A stretch of DNA of 62,144 bases, counting the filler, from Globobulimina sp. (taxonomy: Eukaryota): the NCBI GenBank assembly GCA_003354225.1. It is 24 parts of 24 records of this genome, joined end to end, with 100 filler letters (N's around TTAATTAATTAA, not from the genome) between each part and the next. Parts side by side here need not be neighbours in the genome. Positions count along the whole stretch, not along the records: positions 1 to 2,496 come from PIVH01006330.1; positions 2,597 to 5,091 come from PIVH01006331.1; positions 5,192 to 7,686 come from PIVH01006332.1; positions 7,787 to 10,281 come from PIVH01006333.1; positions 10,382 to 12,876 come from PIVH01006334.1; 19 more parts are not named here. One strand, 5' to 3'. The notes under the pieces were generated by a model, which was given only the letters and a program-made list of their open reading frames with translations, searched no databases and was not told the origin of the DNA. The position numbers and the translations under genes were made by a program. How positions within the stretch are numbered: position 1 is the first letter of the stretch; each line of letters opens with the position of its first letter. This document shows, piece after piece, positions 1-10,485 of this stretch.

Positions 1-101
1 TCACCAGTTCAGTTTTTTGTACAATATATGTCCATTACGAATTTGCCATTTAAATAATATTAAATATTAAGGAAAAAAGTCAAAAAACGATAACGATCAC
101 A

Positions 102-2496
102 TTGAATGAAGGGATCATTTATCAGCAATTAACAAAACTGACGAAAATGGGATTTGATCTCGATGCAGCCGCTGTTGCTTTGAGTCGTTGCGGGCATGAC
201 ATTGATAAAGCGATCTCTAAACTGCTCCGACCACAAAACAGTAAGAAAAACAGTAAGAAAAACAGTAAGAAAATATCAGTAAACTCATTTGGTGGAACAG
301 TTCATTTTCGATTCTGCTTATTTGAAATTCTGACTTATGTCAGTTATGTGATACTGTATATTTAGATGAATCTGAAAGCGATGCAAAAATAGAGACTAAA
401 CATTCTATACAATGCGATTTGACTCAACCTTCAATACAATGTACGTCAAAATACTGTGGAGCGATCATTACGATTATTTTGTTACGATATCATACGATGA
501 AGACTATCGATGATATGGTGGATTTGCAAAATGTCGATTTATTGAATGCTTTTAATCATTTATTGTCTCATCATAAAAACGAAAATTTGTGGGATTTGAA
601 AGAGTTTCCATGTTCGAGAGAAAAATGTTTGTTTTTTCGTAGAAATAGAAATAATGAACAACATCGTGCATTGTATAAAGATCAAAATAATGATAAATCG
701 GTGGTTAAACAACAAATTTTGGACAGAATGCATTGTTATTGTTTGCATCGTTTACCTTTAAAAGAAAGAAGCAATCGATTTAAAAACAAATTGGAATACA
801 TTAAAGTTGAACAGACACAATCTGAAGAAAAATCAAATGGAAGTTCTGAAACACAGAATATATTTAGTTGCGGCAAAAGGTATTTTTATTGGACGTATTA
901 CAAAGAAAATAACACAACAATCGATCCAGCACATTCGCAGTCAGCATCCTTTCAATATGAAATGAGGATAAATTTCCATATTGAACCAAATAGTGATGCT
1001 TTGAATGATGGATTAAACACTGGCTCGAGATTGGGGGATTGGTGGATTGGACCGAAATATAATGATTTTAAAAAGGAATTGTTAAACAATGCAATAATTA
1101 CAATCTCTGAAACTGCATGGAATCAGTTAATAAATAGCGCTTTAACTCATATTCAAACAAACAGAGCAAAAAATATTTTTTGTCCAAGAAAAGAAACTGC
1201 AAAATGTTATGATATGAAATATGGCGATTTATTGAATATATACCACTTGATGGCAATTATGGTGTATTGCAATTTTGATGTATTGCAAACGAGATTGAGT
1301 GAAACGTTTCGATTTATTGATAATAAGGAAACTGAGCAAGAATTAAAACAACGACATTCTAATTATTATCATTTAAGTAAATATTTGAGAGAATCTGTGG
1401 AATGTTTTGGTGTTAAATGTGAGAAATATGATTTTAAAACGACAGTGTTTCATGGCGTGAATACGCACTTTTTATTTTCATCCATGGATTTCTATAACAA
1501 TGGGCCATTCAGCACCACTTTGGATAAAGCGGTAGCTATTAACTTTTGCGGTGCAGGAGGAATGACATTGGAGTTAAATATAGATTTATTGGATTGGATC
1601 ATGCATGAAAAAGATGGAGATGATGCTTTCCGAAGATTGAACTGTTGGGATTGTTGCTGGCTCAGTAACTATGCGAATGAACAGGAAATATTATTCTTGG
1701 GGGGTTTGTCCAAATTAACATTGACGACGATTATTGAGATATCACCAAATTATTCTAAACCTATTAATTATATTGAATATATCAAGGGATTGAAGCAAAT
1801 TGCATTTAGTATGACGAATCGTCAGCGACGGCTAATACTTCCAGTGGAGATCAATTCCAATCTACCACAAACAAGTGATGAGAGACAAATGGTATTCAGA
1901 TTATTATCACACGAATTATTTTGTAACGACCCAAACCATGAAAACGCTCATTTATTCAAATCGTGTCCTAAATATATTCAAAATATTTTGCATCGTCATT
2001 GTTGCAATATCTATTTCATTGGTTTTGAAAATAAAGGACAAAGTAGTATTGTACATGACACATTGTTTAGATATAAGAATGGATGGATTAATTTGAATGT
2101 TATCACTAAAATATTTCCAAACGTCCAGGAGATCAATTTTCGAGCAATCAATAATAAATATGTTCCATTATTCAAGCAACCAATAATTTATGAACAGGTT
2201 TTACAATTTTTAGAAAATAATCTATCCACAAAGTTGGAAACCATTGCAATTTGCATTGCTGAAAAGGATATGAATACGATCAGTGCTTTTACTAAACGCT
2301 ATAGACAGAAATTTAAGAGTTATTTATGGACGATATCAATGGGGCGTGTTCCAGCACGACATGATAATACAAAATTGGTGATGCGTAATGCGAAGCAAAC
2401 GTGGAGGAAAACATTTTTTGCGCGTGATGATAGGGATGATCACATTAAAATTATGAGTGACATGATAGGACATTTTTATAATGACGAATCTTCGGA
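102..2496 (+). CDS. UBA domain + ADP-ribosyltransferase-like protein (spliced, 3' partial)
   Basis: Exon 1 has a UBA signature (LTKMGFDLDAAAVALSRCGHDIDKAISKL). A phase-1 intron from GTAAGA (241/253/265) to TTTAG (365) joins it in frame to the long ORF carrying VFHGV (1451), PFSTT (1511) and NEQEILF (1679). True start not certain. Confidence 0.7.
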
Positions 2497-2596
2497 NNNN
2501 NNNNNNNNNNNNNNNNNNNNNNNNNNNNNNNNNNNNNNNNTTAATTAATTAANNNNNNNNNNNNNNNNNNNNNNNNNNNNNNNNNNNNNNNNNNNN
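2497..2596. other. Artificial contig linker (44 N + TTAATTAATTAA + 44 N); first of 23, recurring every ~2.59 kb
   Basis: Identical 100-nt spacer with six-frame stops. Contigs: 1-2496, 2597-5091, 5192-7686, 7787-10281, 10382-12876, 12977-15471, 15572-18066, 18167-20660, 20761-23254, 23355-25848, 25949-28442, 28543-31036, 31137-33630, 33731-36223, 36324-38816, 38917-41409, 41510-44002, 44103-46594, 46695-49186, 49287-51778, 51879-54370, 54471-56962, 57063-59553, 59654-62144. Confidence 0.99.
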
Positions 2597-2711
2597 AAGT
2601 TGACCTAGTATTCGATGACCTAGGTCAACTTCGAATGCTAGGTTCAAAACCACTCTAGCTAACCAAAAACGTTTCTAAGCGTTGAAACGAAACGAAACTA
2701 AGCCAAAAAAG
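2597..2711. repeat. Truncated copy of ~205-bp fold-back palindromic repeat (opposite orientation to 53483-53687)
   Basis: AAGTTGACCTAG-TATTCGATGAC-CTAGGTCAACTT...AAAACCACTCTAGCTAACCAAAAAC...GAAACGAAACTAAGCCAAAAAAG matches the contig-21 element, with the loop reverse-complemented. Confidence 0.92.
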
Positions 2712-2952
2712 TTAATTGTTTCGTTTAACGATATATTCCATTGGTCAATCACAAAAGTCAACTGTATAAAACAAAAATATATATCAAAAAGCACAGCACG
2801 CGGATCGATGTAAGACATCGAATATTTAAAAAAAAAAATACTTATCGTTTTCCGTCCAAGTTTATACAGTATCTATTGTGTTAGAAACAAAACTGTGTCA
2901 CATACTCACATTCGTGTTGTGAAACAAAGAAAACACGCATAACAGATAGTTG

Positions 2953-4224
2953 TTACATTTCAACATAAACACGGTCATTTTCATGAATATCGTGCCTAAT
3001 TCCGACAATACGCCATTTTACACATGTTACACATACATTTTTACAGCATTTATCACATAGCCAACAACATTTTTTATACTCCTTCTCTGTTCCTCTTAAG
3101 TTTATATCCAAATACATTGCAATACAATTCAGAAAACAATTAAAATGTACCATAAAAAAGCAAATCTCATCCAAAAAAAACTGAATATTATCATCAATAT
3201 CTGGAAATATTATATAACAGACACAAATAAATAATATCACCATCAATGTAGATATAGCAGTAAGACTCGATAATAATGTATGTTTGGTCAATATCGGTAA
3301 GTCTTTATTCGAAACCTGTAGATTGTTATTATTATTGCACACAATATGTTGCGTGCCAGCATCAGTGGCAACATCCAGCGATAATGGAGGCGCTTTGTAT
3401 TCAATTGCAATATTTGATGATATTTTTGATGCATGTCTGGAAGTTAATGGATTTGTTGCACTGTCATCAGTGGTCAATGTGTCTGCGTCTTCTGTTGCTG
3501 GTAATGATATTAATGTACTTTGCATGGAGTCACGGTCTGACATATTTCGAAAATCCGATGTTGCTGATTGTTTATTGAAAAGTGTTTCCGATTCATACGT
3601 TGTAACGTTCAATAATGATATGTTAAACAATATAATTAACGACATATTCAAAAATATTTCGATGCAGTATCCAATCAATAACATATAATGTATGTTATCA
3701 TCAGTGAATAAACTCAATTCCGTAAAGGATAACATTGATGAAACCACATATAAAACAATATGTAAAAATATTAAAACTAGTAAGAAAAAAAAGAGCGCTT
3801 TTGAGTATTTATCGTGGTATAATAGGAACAAACGATATGATAATAATATATAAACAGTTGATTTACCAAATTGCCAAAACATGAGTTGAATGGATGCTAA
3901 AGTATCAATTATGTTTGACTCAGAGTTTGAAATGCAAATAGAACTGGAATCGTCACAAATGAGTTCCAAATATGTTTTAATTCGAATGATTTGTTGTACG
4001 GAATATGCGAGTTCACTCAACACAAATAATATTATCAATATTAAAGTAACGTGAGTTACAAATCGTCGTTTTACAGGATGTGCGCTGCAGAATTTGTATT
4101 TGGATATGATTGATGAGAATACAATGATGGATGATATTGTGCCAACAACTGATCCAATCAACAAACTGTAGAAAAAAGACATCACTAAATTTGTGGATCG
4201 CGAGTGCATAATATTTGTCTTCAA
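2953..4224 (-). CDS. Seven-transmembrane (GPCR-like) membrane protein
   Basis: 423 aa, about 7 hydrophobic helices, long polar loop between TM5 and TM6, Cys-rich tail (YKKCCWLCDKCCKNVC). Confidence 0.65.
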   Translation of the reverse strand: MKTNIMHSRSTNLVMSFFYSLLIGSVVGTISSIIVFSSIISKYKFCSAHPVKRRFVTHVTLILIILFVLSELAYSVQQIIRIKTYLELICDDSSSICISNSESNIIDTLASIQLMFWQFGKSTVYILLSYRLFLLYHDKYSKALFFFLLVLIFLHIVLYVVSSMLSFTELSLFTDDNIHYMLLIGYCIEIFLNMSLIILFNISLLNVTTYESETLFNKQSATSDFRNMSDRDSMQSTLISLPATEDADTLTTDDSATNPLTSRHASKISSNIAIEYKAPPLSLDVATDAGTQHIVCNNNNNLQVSNKDLPILTKHTLLSSLTAISTLMVILFICVCYIIFPDIDDNIQFFLDEICFFMVHFNCFLNCIAMYLDINLRGTEKEYKKCCWLCDKCCKNVCVTCVKWRIVGIRHDIHENDRVYVEM

Positions 4225-4486
4225 AACTTTACTTTAGAACATTAATTTGCAACAGGAATACGTTTGAAACTGTATACATTATCCTCGCACACGGAAGATG
4301 GTGATCACTTCCTCTTATGTTTCAAAAAAAGTTTAAATTAATTATGTTTCAAAAAAAGAATGTTTCAAAAAAGAAACGTACTGAAAAGCAAAAAAAGAGT
4401 GAAATATTTAGATCTGTCTGTTTTTATTGTATCGATCTTTGGTTTCCATGCATAAATAGAAAGATGTTAGCTAGCGTTTAAATCGT

Positions 4487-5091
4487 TCAATATTGAGTGG
4501 CATTGCAATAAACATATGTTCTTATTTTCTGTTTACTGACAATAGAATCTGTTGCCAAGTATCTAACAACAACAGCATCACATTCGACTGGAGATTGAAT
4601 TGGTTCGTATTTACGCATAGCATTGATTTTAACAATTCCACGCAATGATTTACCGTAAAAATATATTAACTCAATGATATCTCTTGAGATATACATATTA
4701 TTCCTTGCGTATTGACTAAAATATGCATTAATAATTAGTTCCCATGGATTTGTTAATAAAGTATTGGCAATGTCTGTATTATAATTTGAATGATCAATTT
4801 TATAATTACAACCAATACGATATTTTAATTCATGATAAGCATGGCAAAGACTTTCATTTTCTACACTTTTGTTAATCCAATCACTTGCATCAGAATTATA
4901 ATCTCCGTACACCAATCTTAACAGTTTAAAATTACAATTATTCAAATCGTGCAGTTCAGGATAAAAACCTAAGTTTTTATGATATAATTTATAACCAACA
5001 GCACATAATATTTGTATCAAGTATTTACAATCATCGTTTTCTTCAATTTTTAATTTATGGAAAAGTTTCCTAAAATTAATATCATCGTATT
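4487..5091 (-). CDS. Hypothetical protein, C-terminal part (5' partial)
   Basis: ORF runs toward the contig edge; contains LIINAYF...ISRDIIELIYFY motif. Confidence 0.45.
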
Positions 5092-5191
5092 NNNNNNNNN
5101 NNNNNNNNNNNNNNNNNNNNNNNNNNNNNNNNNNNTTAATTAATTAANNNNNNNNNNNNNNNNNNNNNNNNNNNNNNNNNNNNNNNNNNNN

Positions 5192-7686
5192 ATATCTGGC
5201 GCAGAAGGTGCAGCAGCTACTGATTCTCCATGATCCTCCACTTGCATTTGTGATGTATTATAATTATTATTATTATTATTTATATTGCCTCCACCTTCAT
5301 TTTGTACACTCTCAATGCGTAATACCACCGGTTTATTCTCCTTATATTCGTCCTGTATCTCTTCAATACCACCACCTGGAACAACATCATCTGTATTTGG
5401 TGGTGGTGCAGGTTTATACGGTGAGGAATATGTAATTTGTTGGGGTCCACCATCAGTTTGCCCAGGCAATAATATCAACTCTTCCTTTTCCTCATTATCA
5501 TCCTCCTCCACATCAGATAATGTCGGTGCTGTTGCTTCCTCTGCGGGCAATACAACCATATTACCATGCTCCTTTTTCTCTAATTGCCTTAATTTCCATT
5601 TTTTTATGCACTCAAAATCTAATGCTCGGATAATATGTGCATATCGTGTCGGTGTTATAATATCATAAATCAATGGGAATATATTCAACAAATCGAAAAA
5701 CGCCAGACCTAAATTCAAAAATAATAATTTCCGCATTTGATTTAAATGCTCACCTTGATCTCGCCAATAATATTTATATAAAATACCAAAATATGCCCGG
5801 GTTCGGGTGGGCATTAAAACGGATGGAATGGTCAATAATATAATGACTAAATCCACCATAGAAATGAAGAAATTTACCATTAAAAACACCCTCAGTTCAA
5901 CATCATAGTCCAATACCTTCAAAATCTTATACGATCGCCCCGACTTTTCCTTATTCGGTACAGCTTGTCCGGGTTGAAAGTTGTATGGAATATCTTGCTG
6001 AGCCTCGAATTTATACGATTGCGATGCAAACGAATTCAGTACAAATCTTCCACGTAATATGAATGTGGGCAATGCGAATGGTAATACAATAAACAAATCG
6101 AATAAGGATAGAAACGTATTTAACACCAACGCTTTTCGGGCATGACAATAGTTATCAGCTTTATAATCGGCCATATTTTCCACAAAAAACCAAGCAAACC
6201 GATTGATTATCTTCTCTTTTACTACATTTTTATGACATACTTGTTCTTCTTCTTCATCACTGTCCATATCACTATCACTGTCTTCCTCCTTTGTCTCTGC
6301 AAAACGTGGCGATTTTCGGGAACAAATGAATAACCGCGACAAGCCCGGAATGGCTAATATTATCACAAAGCAATCCAAAAAGGAGAGAGCTAAATTCCTC
6401 ACCGCTTCTTTTCCATACGACCATGACCAGCGTAATAATTGAGCCACGGATACTTTTTCCCAATTTATTTTATCCCCTTCTTCCATATATGTGTTGCGTT
6501 GAAATTGCAGCTCGTCTCTTTCAGTCAACTCTTTCCGTGATTTTTGTGTGTGATAGAATCTGAACACAAATAAGAAATTTAATATGTACAACACAAAGGT
6601 GAGGTACATTAAAATGGTACACGGTAAGTTTAATAATAATGACTTATACACAATTAAATGCGTTTTAATATCAACTGCTTTTGGTGTGGCATTATTTGCA
6701 TCGGTTTTAGTGGACCTCCATAGTCTGCGTAGTATGGACATACATCTTCGCCAGGCACCAAAGCGTAAAATGGAGGGTAATGTAATAAGGAAAATAAACC
6801 AATCTGCGATTGCTAGTAAGGCACATTTGGCTATTTGAATACGAATGTTTTTGTTATATTTCATCAAAATATCTTGCTTATCATAGGCGTTTTCGTTTTT
6901 TATATGTCTTTTAAATAAGGAAAAGATGGTTGGAAGACGAATTAAACTGGCAATGGATATTAAAATTAATGGTAAAAATACAATAACATCAATAATGCTG
7001 ATCAGAACGTTGAGTAATAATGCACCATAAATATACGCTCGGCCTTTACTGCTCATACTCCATTTTTTATGCAATGTTTCATTGCGTTTAAAACAACAAT
7101 GTCTATCACTAAAATCACACAACAACACAAAGGATCGAAAGTATGTTGGTAATCTAATCAATGATGCAACAGAAACCAATGAAATCAGCAAAAATAATAA
7201 ATCTGCCAGACCTACGAAGAAATGCCAGACTGAAAACTTTCGAAACTCAGAGTCGTACCGTAACGATTGCCATAATGTAGTGTCATATTTAGGTTTATAC
7301 GCATCATTATTTTGACGCATTGCTTGCTTGTCAGGTACAATAATTTCAAATTTATCCACTGGAAATACAGTTGCTTGGTCCAATGCAAGTTTACTTAATC
7401 TGCAGCAAGATATGATTTGTTCAGGCGTTTCATTTAAGTGTTTTGCCCCTAAATAAAAATATAAATCAAATACAATGCTATTAAATGAGGATCGGGCTGA
7501 ATTTAAACCCGATTTCGCAGTGCCAGATATCGAATATGTATCCACGTCCAAACCAAAATATTTACCTGGTTCATGATAAAAGGAGGCCCATTCTGCTGCA
7601 AAGAACGCACCGCCTTTAGACTTTGGTATCATTTTTTTTATCAAAAAACCCAATGTTGAATGAGATAAATTCATGACTCGGGCACC
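5192..7686 (-). CDS. Large multi-pass membrane protein with repeated hydrophobic hairpin units (partial)
   Basis: ORF spans the whole contig. A unit of roughly xD(hydrophobic ~15)xRxP recurs (e.g. ADLLFLLISLVSVASLIRLP; IDVIVFLPLILISIASLIRLP). Acidic/Pro-rich tail. Confidence 0.7.
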
Positions 7687-7787
7687 NNNNNNNNNNNNNN
7701 NNNNNNNNNNNNNNNNNNNNNNNNNNNNNNTTAATTAATTAANNNNNNNNNNNNNNNNNNNNNNNNNNNNNNNNNNNNNNNNNNNNT

Positions 7788-7965
7788 GAGTGGGTATCGG
7801 GCAACCCCATACTGTACGACAGAGGGAACCAGTTTTTCTATGAGAAGGTCAAGAAAAGTGCCCTACTGCAGGCCAAGGCCAGGGAGATCTCCCCACAGCA
7901 ACCCGCCGCAGCCACAGAAGGAGAAGAGCAGCCAGAACCCATCGACCCCACTCTCATTTGTACTG
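7788..7965 (+). CDS. GC-rich exon encoding a MADF-like (Myb/SANT) fragment
   Basis: EWVSGNPILYDRGNQFFYEKVKKSALLQAKAREI resembles the MADF pattern (xxxPxLYD...Y...KK..W). Ends at a canonical GTGAGT donor. Not in the ORF track. Confidence 0.45.
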
Positions 7966-8050
7966 GTGAGTTTCTTTATTATTAAATTTCATAATAACAT
8001 TGTGTCATAATCTATGTTTAATTGATCATGTGAGATTTATAAAATAAAAT

Positions 8051-9778
8051 ATGTTCTACGATGTCCTACGATGTTGCACGATGTTCTACAATGACAATGG
8101 CAGTAAATCCGCATTTGATTACGATGACGAAATACTGCCTCATAATACACCGACATTAGTAAACCATTCCACCTCTTCCTTTGACATTAGTTTATTACCG
8201 GCCTTACCCTGCGACGGTGAAGAAAGTGCCATAAACACACAAGAAATGGAAATAACTATAAACACAACAATAGCAAACGTGAAAAACGTTAAAAGCATAC
8301 AAACTCTGCCAACCTACAAATGGCAAAAACCGATCATCAACGAAGAAAACTACGGTGCCTTTTATCCCAATTTTCAACGCGAAATTATGAATAATCCCTT
8401 TTTTAACTTATCCCCCGGTGACTTTAACGACGTACTGAAAAAATGTCAGTTTATCCGTTCACGATGGATAGGCGAAAAAATACGCAGTTCGCGGCCCGGC
8501 AAACTGGGCAAACACAAATGGAAAATGGGTGAGAAAATCAGCGAATTGGATCTGTTCGCCATTAAATTATACACTGATTTCGAAGTTTGCCAACGTGAAC
8601 TAAAAAAGTGTTACCGTCCTCCTGATAATGGCGATAAGTGTGAGTTGTATCAATATGAGCAACGGTGTGTGGTCTACGCTACTTTGATTTGGACATATTT
8701 CTATTATACATATACGTATCTAATACATACAGATTATGCTACTTCAGCAATTGGCGCCGTTTACTAAATGTAGCTATATTAAAATATGGAACATTCCTAA
8801 AAAATCGTGTGTTTTACCATGGCATCAACAAAATCATGCAATTAGATATCCATCCAACTAATCGTTGCCACGGCCCGTTTTCAGCCACTTCCGACCCCGA
8901 AATCGCGCGAGGTTTCGCCACCAAAAATGGCTTAATCCTCAAAATGACCTCAAAATTCCCGCGGTTAGGGACTGATTACTTTTTCGATGCCGCACCAGTT
9001 TAGTTTGCGTACCTTTGTTTGTTGCTGTTTTCTGTTTGTAATCGGACGAATTGTTTGATAGATTTCAGCGTATCCGGACGAGAAGGAATATTTGATCGGG
9101 TTTCTGTATACACGAATATTAAATGTTAGTTTGGGTTGCACCAAACTGTGCGTTTCAGACTTACAGCACGACACTGTTGACAAATTAATGTGCTTTATCC
9201 TCGTTTCTTTGATCAAAAACAATATATATTCTTATGGGCCATACTTAGAGCTGTTATTTCATGCGTTGTTGTCCACCGATCCAGCGTATAAATGTAGTGA
9301 TTTGTTGGCTGATCATGATTATGACGAGGATGAATTGCTACAAATTGCTAGTATGATACCTCAAATTATACGCGATGAATTGATGAGAATTCGCGGCGAT
9401 ATTAAGATATTGAAATTAGACCGGATTAGTCCAGGAATGCAGTCGTTGTTTTGCGAGGATGATAAGACGTTATCTTTGCGTAAAATGTATGAATACGCTC
9501 CAAATATGCAAGAGTTGCATTTGTATGAGAATGAGTATGAAATAAATAATGAATTTGTGTGCAATTTGTTATATTTTATGAAATTGTATGGCTCCAAACT
9601 AAAGTTGGAGACTATCAAATGTTTTAAGTATAGTTTTGAAGGCAGCTCTCAACAATTTCAATTCAAGCGATCCATCTCCAAAAGCAATGAAATGAAATTA
9701 CAAACACTCGGTTGGCATATTTGCCAATATCACAGTCAAAATTGTTACAAGTTTATTCTCACGAAAAAGAAAAAATAA
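8051..9778 (+). CDS. ADP-ribosyltransferase-like protein, paralogue of the contig-1 gene (3 exons)
   Basis: Introns 8665-8732 and 8998-9061 join three ORFs in frame. Motifs FYHGI (8818), PFSATSD (8881), YPDEKEYLI (9080). Collinear similarity to 419..2496. Confidence 0.75.
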
Positions 9779-10485
9779 TTATTTCAAACTGATCTGATTC
9801 TATGGTACATCTTTTTTTTTCTCTTTTCCGTTCTTTGATAGCTCAGGAAGGCAAAAGGCAGCACAATAAAGACATTTATATACATACTGTCTTTGGACAT
9901 CTTCTGTTTTCCTGAATATCAACATATTCTACAAACAGAATGCAGTGCAATATATATTATATTTTGTCTTGCTGCACAACCCGACATTTTTTTGACGGGG
10001 ATTGCTTTGAGGGACGCTTGCATGAATAAAAAAATGTTTTTTTTGTTGTACTGCATTCTCGTTTCTGTGTCCTTTGAGTGGTGTTTCTGGGTTTTTTTGT
10101 TTGTTTTTGAAATTTATTTTATGTTTTTAGACGCCTTGCCATTGCAACCTTAATTTTATTAATATACAGTTTTGAGGTACAAACTAATGTAAATCCAACA
10201 TAATCATTTTGACCCAGTTTTTTTTTTCTATCTTTCTTTTTTTGTGCTATACTGTAAATGTAATTTTTTTTTTTTCATTCANNNNNNNNNNNNNNNNNNN
10301 NNNNNNNNNNNNNNNNNNNNNNNNNTTAATTAATTAANNNNNNNNNNNNNNNNNNNNNNNNNNNNNNNNNNNNNNNNNNNNCGAGATATTGAGGAGAGAA
10401 ATAGCTTGTTCCATTGGACAAGCCGAGTTCCATCGGATCGCAGTGTGTAGCATGACAACAGTCAAATCGATACCCGGAAGAGAGC

